A stretch of 64,000 bases of DNA from Acidobacteriota bacterium (lineage in GTDB: Bacteria > Acidobacteriota > Aminicenantia > Aminicenantales > Aminicenantaceae): positions 1,062-65,061 of the forward strand of contig JAHIPL010000005.1 in assembly GCA_018894615.1 (NCBI GenBank), given 5' to 3'. Under the pieces are notes generated by a model, which saw nothing but the letters and a program-made list of their open reading frames with translations, had not been told where the DNA came from and ran no database searches. Shown piece after piece: positions 36,195 through 46,358 of the stretch (positions are counted from its first letter, which is position 1; every line of letters starts with the position of its first letter). A program made the position numbers and the translations under genes.

Positions 36195-37982
36195 TCAGTC
36201 GATTTTGAGCCAGGTGAACCAGAGGGGATGGTGCTTCTTGTACCATTCGAGCACGTCCCTCAGAATGACCTGGTCCTCCTTTGAGATGACCTCGGCCGGT
36301 ATTCTGTCGAAGTGCACCCGGATCTGTCCCTCCCGTTCATACTCCAGCGCCTCCGAACAGAGGGTCTGGAGTTCGTTTCGAATGCGGCCTGAGTCGGAAA
36401 TTTTGACGGCTCGGGAGCGGAAATCCTCACCGTAGATGAACCGGATGAGGAGCGGATTGAAGACCAGCCGCTGCTCTTCGGGCTTTTCCATCAGCCGCAT
36501 GGTGAGGGTGACCCTCTTGTCGGCAACCGGAGTGGCGATGCGGGCCGTGACCTTGTAGACGCCTTCTTCCAGGGCTTCCACACCGGGAGCGCCGGAGTAG
36601 GGATCATCACACATGTACCCCGAAAGGGCAACGACGTCCCAGTGCTTTTCCGGGAAAAAATCGTCGGCGCGGATGACCCTGTCCGTGTCGGGCAGTCCCG
36701 CCTCGTGGGCTTCCAGAATCAGTTCCCTGTAAAGGCTTATTTTTTCATCGTCCAGCTTGAACTCGAAGAGCGCTTCCAGTTTTTCCTTGAAGTCGGGAGC
36801 GTCCGGATCGAGAGACATGACCCTCTGTTCCTTTTCGATGGGAAGTTCGAATTTGGAGGTGAAGGTGACGAGGGTTCCGTCGAGACCGAGCATGGGCGCC
36901 AGGCTGACCGCCTGCATGGCTTCGGCCGAGGCCGCGTATCCGTCGATGATGAAGAGGTGCTTCTCGTTTTCGCTGTCTTTCCAGGTGCCGACGGTATAGG
37001 TCGGCGCATAGGTCCCTGAATCCGTAAAGGCTTTCATCCCGGACGGCAGGTCCCAGTCTCCTTCCACAAGATGAACCCCGGTTTCCCGCCACTGATCCCA
37101 CAACCACCCCAGCCGCTTGATGCGGCTCTGTCCGCCCAGAGTCCAGACATGGATGTTCTCCCTCTGCAGCCCGGGGTAGGTTTTCTCGACGGCATCCACG
37201 ATTTTCCGCCGCGGGGTTAAAAAATCGATGAGAACGGAATCCTCGGCCGCCTTCCTCACCACCTCACAGGGAAGGAACAGATTACCCATATAGCCTTCGT
37301 AGGGTTTGGTGATGATGAGCGGCTGATTGAAAATATGAAGGACGGTCAGCGGGCCCGTCGATTTCCCCTCGGCGAATCGGGAGGTGTTTTCCAGCGTGTC
37401 GATGGCCGCGCCCCAGACGGTTATGCCGGACTCCTTGATTTCCGTCCAGAACTCTTTCCAGCCGTAGACCTCGTCGTTCAGGAGGCGGGTCACCCGGGCA
37501 TCCAGCCATTTGGCTACCTGGGGACGGGCATACACACGGCCGAAACCCAGCTGGGGGTTTGAGCCCATCTCCTTTGTTTCCCCCACTTTTGGCATCAGCC
37601 CCTCACCCATGCAGACCAGGATGGCGTGGTTTTCGGGCAGCTGTCTCGAGGCGTACCAAAGGCTCTCGCTCATGGCGTAGGCCGATATGGCGTCGGCGTC
37701 TTTTTTGATTTGGTTCAGGATCTTTTTTTCCTGGTTCAATCCCTCTCCGAAACGTCCGAAAAGCTTCGTGCCGAGCGCGGTCACGGCCACCGTCATGAGC
37801 ATGAGCCTTTCCATGCGGCCGTCCATGAAAGAGATATTATTGCTGAATTCTGGGACGGGTTCTCCCCTCAGCCATTCGACCTCGACGTCTTCCAGCCAGA
37901 GATGCATGCGTCCCAGAATGGGGCGGGTGTCAAAAGCCCACTGAGAAATGAGATCCCTTCTTTTGCGGTCGGATAATGTCAT
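36195..37982 (-). CDS. Large cytoplasmic protein of unknown function (595 aa)
   Basis: Long ORF with strong coding character and no recognisable catalytic motif. I cannot assign a family from sequence alone. Confidence 0.5.
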   Translation of the reverse strand: MTLSDRKRRDLISQWAFDTRPILGRMHLWLEDVEVEWLRGEPVPEFSNNISFMDGRMERLMLMTVAVTALGTKLFGRFGEGLNQEKKILNQIKKDADAISAYAMSESLWYASRQLPENHAILVCMGEGLMPKVGETKEMGSNPQLGFGRVYARPQVAKWLDARVTRLLNDEVYGWKEFWTEIKESGITVWGAAIDTLENTSRFAEGKSTGPLTVLHIFNQPLIITKPYEGYMGNLFLPCEVVRKAAEDSVLIDFLTPRRKIVDAVEKTYPGLQRENIHVWTLGGQSRIKRLGWLWDQWRETGVHLVEGDWDLPSGMKAFTDSGTYAPTYTVGTWKDSENEKHLFIIDGYAASAEAMQAVSLAPMLGLDGTLVTFTSKFELPIEKEQRVMSLDPDAPDFKEKLEALFEFKLDDEKISLYRELILEAHEAGLPDTDRVIRADDFFPEKHWDVVALSGYMCDDPYSGAPGVEALEEGVYKVTARIATPVADKRVTLTMRLMEKPEEQRLVFNPLLIRFIYGEDFRSRAVKISDSGRIRNELQTLCSEALEYEREGQIRVHFDRIPAEVISKEDQVILRDVLEWYKKHHPLWFTWLKID

Positions 37983-38130
37983 AATATTTCACCTTTCATA
38001 TGATGAATGATAATATGAAGAACCCATCATTTGACTGTTATATAACAGAGGCGCCGGATTTATGCAATATCTCATCCTCCTTTCTGATCTACGTCAAGGA
38101 AATGTCCGTCATCATAAAAAAATAGACGAT

Positions 38131-38862
38131 TCAGGAAAGGAATCGAAGTGATTTGGGAACGCGCTCCACATGATAGATAAGCACCCGCTGAAAAAATTTT
38201 CGAATCCCCTGTAATTCTTCAGGAGTGAAATCGCTGACCGGTTCTGTCGGAGGGGGATTCTTTTTTGTCCAGATGATAAACGGGTGAAGGGCGGCCGGAA
38301 CGATGTCTTTTTTATGGGCGGCGCACCCATCGCAGAGGGCGCCGTCCAGCCTGGGTGAGAGCCAGGCTGATTGAACGAGGGCGCCGCCGCAGGTGCCGCA
38401 AGCCCGCAGATCCGGCTCCAGACCCCCGGCACGCAGAAGCCAGGCCTCAAAATAGGCGCTCAGCAGCTCCAGTTCGCCCCCTTTTTTGAGGGCCTGAAGG
38501 GTCCGCAGCAGAAGACGAAAAAGGATATCTTCTCTGGAATGAAGGGGAACGAATTCCTGAACCAGTTCGGCGTAGTAGCAGAGACTAAACGAGACGCGGC
38601 TGTCGCACTGGAGATCAAAAAAGGATTCCTGCAGTTCACACTGGCTGACCGTTACAAGATCCCGGCCTTCCTTTTCATAATAAACGATGTGCACATGGGA
38701 GGGGGGTTCCAGGCTGCTTCCGAAGCGGTTTCCGAATTTGCGGGCTCCTTTGGCGATGCCCCGCAGAATCCCCTTCTCCCTGGTGAAAAAGGTGATCAGC
38801 TTGTCCTGTTCGCTGAAGGGGCCTGTTTGAAGGATGAGGGCTTCCGAGCGTTCAATCGCCAT
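38131..38862 (-). CDS. recO: DNA repair protein RecO
   Basis: N-terminal OB fold MAIERSEALILQTGPFSEQDKLITFFTREKGILRGIAKGARK; C-terminal Cys cluster. Confidence 0.85.
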   Translation of the reverse strand: MAIERSEALILQTGPFSEQDKLITFFTREKGILRGIAKGARKFGNRFGSSLEPPSHVHIVYYEKEGRDLVTVSQCELQESFFDLQCDSRVSFSLCYYAELVQEFVPLHSREDILFRLLLRTLQALKKGGELELLSAYFEAWLLRAGGLEPDLRACGTCGGALVQSAWLSPRLDGALCDGCAAHKKDIVPAALHPFIIWTKKNPPPTEPVSDFTPEELQGIRKFFQRVLIYHVERVPKSLRFLS

Positions 38863-38878
38863 TGTTCGTTTTAAGGGG

Positions 38879-40240
38879 TCAACTCAGCTTGGAGAGAAAC
38901 AGAGTGGCCAGGCCGAGGAGAGAGAGAAAGCCGATGGAATCCGTACACATGGTCAGCAGGTTGACCGATCCCAGGGCCGGATCGAGGCGAAGGAGTTTCA
39001 GAATGAGGGGGATCAATGTCCCTACCAGGGCGGCTACAAACAGGTTGATGATGATGGCCATCCCGATGATAAGGCCGAAAAAGGGCCTCTGAAAGAGGAC
39101 GGAGGTGATGCCGCCGAGGATGAGACCGATGACGGCGCCGTTCCCTAGTCCGACCATCAATTCCTTGAAGAGGGCTTTGCGGGCGGACATCCAGTCCGCC
39201 TGGCCGATCGCGATCTCTCTCACGATGATGGCGATGGTCTGGTTGCCCGCGATTCCTCCCAGGGAGGCGACAAGCGGCATAAAGACGACCAGAATCACCA
39301 GTTTTTCAATCGTTCCCGTGAACTGCTTGACGACCAAGGGCGCGACCGAAGCGGTCAGCAGGCTTAACAGGAGAAACGGCAGTCTCTTTTTGATGGATTT
39401 AAGCGGACTGTCCTGGATTCTGTCGGATGAATCCAGGGAGACCATCTTGTACATGTCTTCCGTCGCTTCCTTGTCGATGACATCGATCACATCATCCACG
39501 GTTACGACCCCGACCAGTATGTTTTCCTCATCGACGACTGGTATGGCGACCAGGTTGTAATCGGCCACGCTGCGGGCCACCTGCTCCTGGTCCGTGTCCG
39601 TTCTCACATTGATGATGTCCCGCGTCATGATATCCTGCAGCTTCGTGTTGGGCCTAGCGAACAGGAGCTGGCGGAGGGAGATCACCCCCACCAGGTGAAA
39701 TCCGTCGTCGACCACGTACATGTAAAAAGCGGATTCAACGTCTCCTTCGAGCTGCATGGCCGTGATGGCGTCGCTGACATTGGTGCTCTGGTTGAGAGCA
39801 TAGAAGTCAGGCGACATGATGCGCCCGGCGGTTTCCTCCTCGTAGTGGAGAAGTTCCTGAACCTCGCCCGAAGGCTCTTCCTCCATCTCCTCCAGAATTT
39901 TTTCCTGCATTTCTTCGGGAAGGAGGGGCAGAATGGAAGCCACGTCGTCCGAAGCGATGATTTGAAAGATATCCGAGATCTGGGAGATCGGAAGTTCACG
40001 AATGATGCCCGCGGCGTCTTCCTCGTCCAGTTCGCTCAGGACTTCGGCCGCTTTCTGGCTGTCCCGCTCGTGCAGCGTATTGAACAGGGTGAGTTTTTCC
40101 CGGGTGACGAGGTGTTCCATGACGGAGGAGATATCCGCGGCGTGGAAATTTTTCAAAAGGTTCCATAAACGGGTCATCGAACCCATGTTGATGAATTTAC
40201 GCGTCGAGCTGATAACGATTCGCTGTGATTGAACCTTCAT
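38879..40240 (-). CDS. mgtE: Magnesium transporter MgtE. The ORF track extends to a TTG at 40414; the ATG at MKVQSQ is more likely.
   Basis: MgtE N-domain, tandem CBS domains (VVDDGFHLVGVISLRQL, IPVVDEENILVGVVTVDDVIDVI) and C-terminal 5-TM MgtE channel. Confidence 0.85.
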   Translation of the reverse strand: MKVQSQRIVISSTRKFINMGSMTRLWNLLKNFHAADISSVMEHLVTREKLTLFNTLHERDSQKAAEVLSELDEEDAAGIIRELPISQISDIFQIIASDDVASILPLLPEEMQEKILEEMEEEPSGEVQELLHYEEETAGRIMSPDFYALNQSTNVSDAITAMQLEGDVESAFYMYVVDDGFHLVGVISLRQLLFARPNTKLQDIMTRDIINVRTDTDQEQVARSVADYNLVAIPVVDEENILVGVVTVDDVIDVIDKEATEDMYKMVSLDSSDRIQDSPLKSIKKRLPFLLLSLLTASVAPLVVKQFTGTIEKLVILVVFMPLVASLGGIAGNQTIAIIVREIAIGQADWMSARKALFKELMVGLGNGAVIGLILGGITSVLFQRPFFGLIIGMAIIINLFVAALVGTLIPLILKLLRLDPALGSVNLLTMCTDSIGFLSLLGLATLFLSKLS

Positions 40241-40346
40241 TGTACGCCTCTCCGGGAAACCTCTAATACTTAACATAAATTCGGAACAGAGTAAATAAAA
40301 GGGAGACATGATCACCGTTGCGGCGGCTTCGCAGTCGGCCGGTATT

Positions 40347-41696
40347 TCAGACGAAGGAAATTCTGAGATCCTGAATCTTTTTTTCCAGGTACACCGGTTC
40401 AACGCCCAATTCAACGGCGGCTTCTTTGATTCTCCAGTTGTGTCTGATCAGGGTCTGATGGATGTATTCCTTTTCAAACTGGGCCCGGGCCTGATCCAGC
40501 GGCTTGATCCCCGACACAAACTGGGATTCGATCGGCTCCACCAGGAGAAACAGGTGGGATTCCCTTATTTCATCATCTTTGACCATAATCACGAAACGTT
40601 CGATCACATTGATCAGCTCGCTGATGTTGCCCGGCCAGGAATAATTGGTGAATGCCTCGAGGGCCTCCTCGCTCATTTTTTTTTGTTTTTTCCCGTCTGA
40701 ATCGGCGAAGTGTTTGAGGTAATGATCGATGAGCAGAGGAATGTCCTCCCGCCTCTCCCGCAGGGAAGGAAGGAGAATGGGGATGACATTCAGTTTGTAG
40801 TATAAATCCTCCCGGAATTCATCCCTGGTGATCATTTTTTTCAGATCCCTGTCGGTGGCGGCGATGATGCGTGTGTTGAAGGGGATTTTTTCGCCGTCTT
40901 CAGCGGATTCCACCTGTCCCGCGTCCAGGACTTTCATCAACCGGGCCTGTGTGGAGAGGGGAATTTCCGCCACCTCATCCAGGAAAAGAACGCCGTTGTT
41001 CGCCAGTAGGATTTTGCCTTTCTTGGCACCCGTTGTCTCCGAAGCCGCTCCTGATGAATAACCGAACAATTCTCCGTCTATCAGGTTTTCAGGAATCGCC
41101 CCGCAGTTGACCTGTACAAATTTATTGTTCCGCCGCGGGCTCTGCTGATGGATGAGGCGGGCCACCAGTTCCTTTCCTGTTCCGTTTTCTCCGGTGATAA
41201 GGACGCGGCCGTTGGATGGGGCGGCGGTCTGAACGGCCTCCTTGACTTTTTTGATGGAAGGGTGCTCCCCGATCAGATTTCGGCGGGCTTCAATTTTTTC
41301 CCTCAGCAGCAGGTTCTCCGCTTCCAGGTGACTCTGTTTCAGCGCGTTGTTGACCGTGAGGACCACTTTTTCCAGGGAAAGGGGTTTCTCCAGATAGTCA
41401 TATGCCCCCAGTTTTGTCGCCCGCACGGCAGACTCGACGGACCCGTGACCGGAGATCATCACGACCTGAATATGAGGGCACAGGTCTTTTACTTCGCACA
41501 GGATGTCGATGCCGTTTTTTCCGGGAAGCCAGATATCCAGCAGGATCAGGTCAAAGGATTCCGTCCGGAGGAGAGACAGGCCTTCCTCACCTGACGCCGT
41601 CGTCCGAACGGTGAAGTTTTCATCCTCCAGAATTCCCTGCAGAGAGGAACGGATCCCCGCTTCATCGTCGATAATGAGTATTGTGTTGTGGCTCAT
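40347..41696 (-). CDS. Sigma-54-dependent response regulator (NtrX/AtoC-like)
   Basis: Receiver ILIIDDEAGIRSSL...LLDIWLPG; AAA+ GENGTGKE, GAIPENLIDGELFGY; Fis HTH. Confidence 0.9.
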   Translation of the reverse strand: MSHNTILIIDDEAGIRSSLQGILEDENFTVRTTASGEEGLSLLRTESFDLILLDIWLPGKNGIDILCEVKDLCPHIQVVMISGHGSVESAVRATKLGAYDYLEKPLSLEKVVLTVNNALKQSHLEAENLLLREKIEARRNLIGEHPSIKKVKEAVQTAAPSNGRVLITGENGTGKELVARLIHQQSPRRNNKFVQVNCGAIPENLIDGELFGYSSGAASETTGAKKGKILLANNGVLFLDEVAEIPLSTQARLMKVLDAGQVESAEDGEKIPFNTRIIAATDRDLKKMITRDEFREDLYYKLNVIPILLPSLRERREDIPLLIDHYLKHFADSDGKKQKKMSEEALEAFTNYSWPGNISELINVIERFVIMVKDDEIRESHLFLLVEPIESQFVSGIKPLDQARAQFEKEYIHQTLIRHNWRIKEAAVELGVEPVYLEKKIQDLRISFV

Positions 41697-43888
41697 ACCG
41701 GCACCTGAATTGTGAATTTTGCGCCATGGGGTTCGATGTTGGTCACATCAATGGTTCCGTTGTGGTCGCTGATGATCTGGTTTACGATGGCCAGGCCCAA
41801 CCCCGTCCCTTTCTTTTTTGTGGAGAAATGGGGAAGGAAGAGCTTGTCCAGATCCTCCTTGGAAATTCCCGGCCCGGAGTCGGCGATATGGATGATTACT
41901 TTTTTGTGACGTTCATCATACTCGGTTTTGATACGGATCTCTCCTTTTTTATTCATGGCGTCGATGGCATTATCGAGAAGGTTGTTGAAAACCCTGCGCA
42001 TCTGTTCGGGATCGATCCGAATGGATTCAGGCACGGCGGGGGAGAGATCGGTTTCGATGCGGATTTCCGTGAAAATCCCTTTGAACGGAGCGATCGTTTT
42101 TTCCAGAATGGTGTGGATGTGGCTCGATTCGAGTTTGATGCTCGGAAGCCGCGCGAAATTGGAAAACTCGTTCACGAGTGCTTTAATGGTCCGTGCCTCC
42201 TGAACGATGGTCTGCGCGCCCTCGGCGATGCCCGAATGATCCTCGGGTTTCTCGATGAGGTTTTTAATGATTCGCTCGGCCGACAATTGAATGGGGGTCA
42301 GCGGATTTTTTATTTCGTGGGCGACTCTCTGGGCGACTTCCTTCCAGGCCGACAGTTTCTGGGCTTTGATGAGCTGAGTCAGATCGTCGAAAACGAGAAT
42401 CATTCCTGAAAAATTCTCGTTGGCTTCATGCAGGGGGGAAATCGTCAGGGCAAGGGATGATTTATGATCATCGATGGTGAGAGTGATTTCTTCGTTTATA
42501 AGGCTGAAGCTTTTGTGCAGGCCGTTTTCTATCAGGCGGACAATTTTTGAGTATTCGGAGTTGTTGAGCACATCGTTATAGGATTTCCCGACGGAATCGA
42601 CCTCGTCCAGTCCCAGCATGTTGGCGGCGGAGGGATTGATGGTGGTGATCACCCCCTCTGCATCCAGGGTGAAAACACCCGTCGTGATGTTGTTCAGGAT
42701 TGTTTCGATAAACTGTTTTCTTGATTCGAGTTCGGATGTTTTCTGGGCGATATTCAGCTGCCCTTCCTGGATATCGGTGATCATCTGGTTGAAGGAATCG
42801 ATCAGTGTTCCCAGTTCGTCTGAAGCGGGGTCTTCCACCCGGACGGAGAGATTGCCCCTTGAAACCTCCCGGGTGGCGTTGGCGAGTTTTTCAATGGGAA
42901 CGGTGATGGCCTTTGAAAGGTGAAAGGCGATCCAACTGGCGGCAAAGATGATAAGAAGAGTGACGAAGATAAGGGTCATCAGGTAGGCTGATTTTACGCC
43001 CGGTTTCTGAATTTTCTGGTGCCGGTACATGTCCACATAGGTGTTGATGGCGTTGATGCGGCGGGTGTAGCTCTGCGGCAGGAATTTCCCGGCGACGACG
43101 AGAAGTTTTCCTTCGGGAACCTCGATGGAAATCCCGCGGCGGACCAGGTCACCGTTGCCCAGAGTGTGAATGGCGGCATAGGATTCACCCAGATGGGCTC
43201 TCAGGATGCGGTTTTTCTTGACGTCCGTGTAGAACTGCATGGGAAGGTTGGAATTGAAAACGATGAACAGCTCTTCCTCACCGAGAAAAAATCCGATTTC
43301 ATCCAGATAGTACTCCTTGAGTTTGTCCTTCATGACCTGTTCGAGTTCGTACCGGTCCTCTATGATTTTATAGGCGCTGTTCTTGATAAAATTGGCGAGC
43401 AGTTCGGCATAATGCTGGGTGATTTCTTCGGCGTTCAGGTAGTATCCCTCCGCAAGCCTCTCCGTGTCCTCAAGAATCTTTTCGATGGGGGTTTTGAACA
43501 GGTTTTCGATATTTCGTGAAATCAGATCGCTGGCGAATAAAAACAGAAGCAGCGTGGGGATCAGGGACAGGGTGATGAAGAAAAGGAGGAGGCGGGTTTT
43601 GAAATGGGACCCGATGACTTTCCGCCTTCTCTCCAGATACAGCTTGATCAGATTCCGGCCGAGAACAAAAAGGAGAACGAGGAACAGGATGAGGACGATG
43701 AGCTGAAGGGAAAAGAGCAGAAATTTGGTGACGACCGTGGGGGAAAAACGCTGGGCTTCCCGGAAGAGAAACTGCACGGTGAAAAAGAGAACGATAAGAA
43801 CCAGAATGAGAACGATGAAGATGCGGGGGCCTTTTTTTCTTGAATTGTCCATGGTCTTACTCGGGGGAATTCCGTGGAATCGAAGCAT
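41693..43888 (-). CDS. Sensor histidine kinase, NtrY-like (TM pair, HAMP, PAS, HisKA, HATPase)
   Basis: H-box VAHEIKNPLTPIQLSAE; N/G boxes NLLDNAIDA and DSGPGI...GTGLGLAIV; N-terminal TM helices and HAMP. Confidence 0.85.
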   Translation of the reverse strand: MLRFHGIPPSKTMDNSRKKGPRIFIVLILVLIVLFFTVQFLFREAQRFSPTVVTKFLLFSLQLIVLILFLVLLFVLGRNLIKLYLERRRKVIGSHFKTRLLLFFITLSLIPTLLLFLFASDLISRNIENLFKTPIEKILEDTERLAEGYYLNAEEITQHYAELLANFIKNSAYKIIEDRYELEQVMKDKLKEYYLDEIGFFLGEEELFIVFNSNLPMQFYTDVKKNRILRAHLGESYAAIHTLGNGDLVRRGISIEVPEGKLLVVAGKFLPQSYTRRINAINTYVDMYRHQKIQKPGVKSAYLMTLIFVTLLIIFAASWIAFHLSKAITVPIEKLANATREVSRGNLSVRVEDPASDELGTLIDSFNQMITDIQEGQLNIAQKTSELESRKQFIETILNNITTGVFTLDAEGVITTINPSAANMLGLDEVDSVGKSYNDVLNNSEYSKIVRLIENGLHKSFSLINEEITLTIDDHKSSLALTISPLHEANENFSGMILVFDDLTQLIKAQKLSAWKEVAQRVAHEIKNPLTPIQLSAERIIKNLIEKPEDHSGIAEGAQTIVQEARTIKALVNEFSNFARLPSIKLESSHIHTILEKTIAPFKGIFTEIRIETDLSPAVPESIRIDPEQMRRVFNNLLDNAIDAMNKKGEIRIKTEYDERHKKVIIHIADSGPGISKEDLDKLFLPHFSTKKKGTGLGLAIVNQIISDHNGTIDVTNIEPHGAKFTIQVPV

Positions 43889-44630
43889 CTTCCAGGAACC
43901 GGTCCAGTGTATCGGGTGTAAGGCGGATGTTTCTCAAAACATCTCCGGATCGCCCCAGCCGTTTACCGGGGCGGCCGTTGAGTGTATAGATGAATCCTCC
44001 CAGGTTTCCGCAGTGGATGAGAATCTCGTTTTCAGCCGCCGCCCGGAATCGGAATCCCGGGGAATGATTGCCGTCCAGGATCAGGCGGCCGTCGCTGATG
44101 ATCTGCATCCAGGTCTCCTCCTGGAAATCCAGGTGCATCACCAGCCCACTTTCAGCGGCCTGGATTTCCTCCCACACTTCGTCCGGGATGGTGAACAGCT
44201 TTTCGGGCGGACGTGTGGGGAGAATCTGCTCTTCAAGGAAGGGATCATTCCCGCTCCGAAAAAGGAGATAGACGGCCGTCAGGCCGGAGACAAGAACGAT
44301 CACAACCAGGCAGAAAATGAAGAGACTCCTTATCTTATGGAAAACCGGTTTCTTTGTTCGCGGCTCGTGGGGAGGCGCGTCATCCATCTCGCTGCGAAGG
44401 CGTTCCTCCTCCATGAACTGGTTCAGAAAATCCTCCGTATCCAACCCGAGGTGGCCGGTGTAGGCACGAATGATGCCCTTGATGAAAAACCGTCCGGGCA
44501 GCAAGTCGATCTGATCTTCCTCGAGGGCTCTGAGAAAATGAAGGTTGATTTTTGTGGTGTCGGCGATTTCTTTGAGCGAAATGCCGCGGAGTTCCCTTTC
44601 CCTTTTCAGATCCTGTCCGAGTGTGGCCAT
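43857..44630 (-). CDS. RodZ-like HTH (XRE) membrane protein with DUF4115-type C-terminal domain
   Basis: N-terminal XRE HTH LRGISLKEIADTTKINLHFLRALE; single TM; C-terminal domain. Overlaps the kinase gene by 32 nt. Confidence 0.6.
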   Translation of the reverse strand: MATLGQDLKRERELRGISLKEIADTTKINLHFLRALEEDQIDLLPGRFFIKGIIRAYTGHLGLDTEDFLNQFMEEERLRSEMDDAPPHEPRTKKPVFHKIRSLFIFCLVVIVLVSGLTAVYLLFRSGNDPFLEEQILPTRPPEKLFTIPDEVWEEIQAAESGLVMHLDFQEETWMQIISDGRLILDGNHSPGFRFRAAAENEILIHCGNLGGFIYTLNGRPGKRLGRSGDVLRNIRLTPDTLDRFLEDASIPRNSPE

Positions 44631-44735
44631 TTTGTTTGAATTGTAGAACAGCTGGCCTCAGGCTGTCAACACGACATCCGTCCGCAGGGCGGATTCAACG
44701 CAAGGGAATGGCGGTTCCTTGATCTCCGTTTTCCA

Positions 44736-45551
44736 TTATATTTTCAGGAATTTTGACAGCGAGGAAAAACTTCCCAGGAATCCGATGAGGGAGCCGCTCA
44801 CGAGCAGCGCCAGGATCTGGGAAACGGACAGAAAGCGGAACTGGATCAATTCTCCGATCACACCCGGGGAAGAGCCGAGGTAAAGCGGGAACAGGGCCGT
44901 CACCAGCCAGAGAAGAAAAACCGCCAGAACTCCTCCCAGCAAACCCAGAAAGACGCCTTCCATAACGAAGGGGATTCGAATGAACCAGTTTGTGGCTCCC
45001 ACCAGGCGCAAAATAGCGATCTCGTTTTTCCTGGCCAGAACATTCAGTTTGATCACATTGGAGATGATGAAAAAGGATGCGAATATCAGGATTCCCCCCA
45101 GAAAAAAACCCACGGCGCGGATCAGTCGGTCAAAGGTCCGCATGCGTTCGATCCATTCCCGGTTGTATTGGATATCACTGATCCCTTCCCTGGTCCGCAT
45201 GCGTTCCACCAAGTCCCGGCCGGCGGCTGTGTTTAGGCTGTCCCTGCTGAATGTGGCCTCTAGGGAAGAGGGAAATGGATTCCTGTTCAGATTCTGAAGC
45301 ACGGATTCAAGATCCGGGAATTTGGTTTTGAAAGCGGCAAGGGCTTCTTCCCGATTGACCAGCCTGATCCGGCTGAAGAGGCGGGAGTCTTCCATCTCTT
45401 TTTGAATGGCCGCGACGGTTTCCATCGAGCTGGTTTCACTCAGAAAAAAAACGATGACCTGATCATCGGAGACACTCCGGGTGAGGAACTTGATGTTGTT
45501 GGAAAGCGCCAGGAATATCCCCAGTGTAAGGAAGGTCAGACAGATGATCAT
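44736..45551 (-). CDS. ftsX: Cell division permease-like protein FtsX. The true start is probably upstream with a non-canonical codon (see the finding at 45552-45713).
   Basis: FtsX extracellular domain followed by 3 C-terminal TM helices (LVGATNWFIRIPFVMEGVFLGLLGG); downstream of ftsE. Confidence 0.8.
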   Translation of the reverse strand: MIICLTFLTLGIFLALSNNIKFLTRSVSDDQVIVFFLSETSSMETVAAIQKEMEDSRLFSRIRLVNREEALAAFKTKFPDLESVLQNLNRNPFPSSLEATFSRDSLNTAAGRDLVERMRTREGISDIQYNREWIERMRTFDRLIRAVGFFLGGILIFASFFIISNVIKLNVLARKNEIAILRLVGATNWFIRIPFVMEGVFLGLLGGVLAVFLLWLVTALFPLYLGSSPGVIGELIQFRFLSVSQILALLVSGSLIGFLGSFSSLSKFLKI

Positions 45552-45631
45552 GACGGAAAAAATATTTCGGATCCTGTACTGCCAGATACTGTTGGCCGTA
45601 GCCCGGGAGAAATATTTCAGATTGACGAGGC

Positions 45632-46297
45632 TCAGAGTTGTTCCTTTCTCAACACTCTTCCTTTGAAGAGAAACAAAATGCTGTGACCGAAATACCGGAT
45701 GAGCTCCCTGTCATGCGTGCAGATGATGACGGTGGTCCCTTTTTCGTTGATCTCCTGGAAAAGACTCATGATTTCAAACGCCAGTTTGATGTCGAGATTG
45801 CCTGTCGGCTCGTCGGCCAGAATGATTTTCGGGTTATTGACGATGGCCCTGGCGATGGCGACTCTCTGTTGTTCCCCGTAGGACAGGCGGGAGGGCAGCT
45901 CCCACATCTTTTTTTGAAGGCTCACCATACGGAGGGCGTTAAACACACGGGTGCGGATGTCCTTCCCCGTCATCCCCAGGATGCGAAGGGCTACGGCCAC
46001 GTTTTCAAACACTGATTTGTGAAAAAGGAGCCGGAAATCCTGAAAGACGATTCCCATGGACCGGCGCAGCTCATAGAGCTTGTTGTCCGGGATCTTGAGG
46101 ATGTTGCGCTGATCGATGACGATTTGCCCTTCCGTGGGAAGCAGCTCCCTGTAGAGGATCTTGAGAAGAGTGGATTTTCCCGAACCGCTGGGCCCGGTGA
46201 TGAAGGTGAATTCTCCCGGATTGATAAAAAAGCTCACATCGGAAAGGGCCCAGTCGTTCCCTTGATATTTTTTCCAGATGTGGTAGAGTTCAATCAT
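45632..46297 (-). CDS. ftsE: Cell division ATP-binding protein FtsE
   Basis: Walker [10 protein letters not shown], signature LSYGEQQRVAIARAI, Walker [12 protein letters not shown]. Confidence 0.9.
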   Translation of the reverse strand: MIELYHIWKKYQGNDWALSDVSFFINPGEFTFITGPSGSGKSTLLKILYRELLPTEGQIVIDQRNILKIPDNKLYELRRSMGIVFQDFRLLFHKSVFENVAVALRILGMTGKDIRTRVFNALRMVSLQKKMWELPSRLSYGEQQRVAIARAIVNNPKIILADEPTGNLDIKLAFEIMSLFQEINEKGTTVIICTHDRELIRYFGHSILFLFKGRVLRKEQL

Positions 46298-46358
46298 ATC
46301 GGACTCGGTGAGTTTTTCCAGACCAGAATATCAAAGAGGGAGCCGTATGACAAGATAA

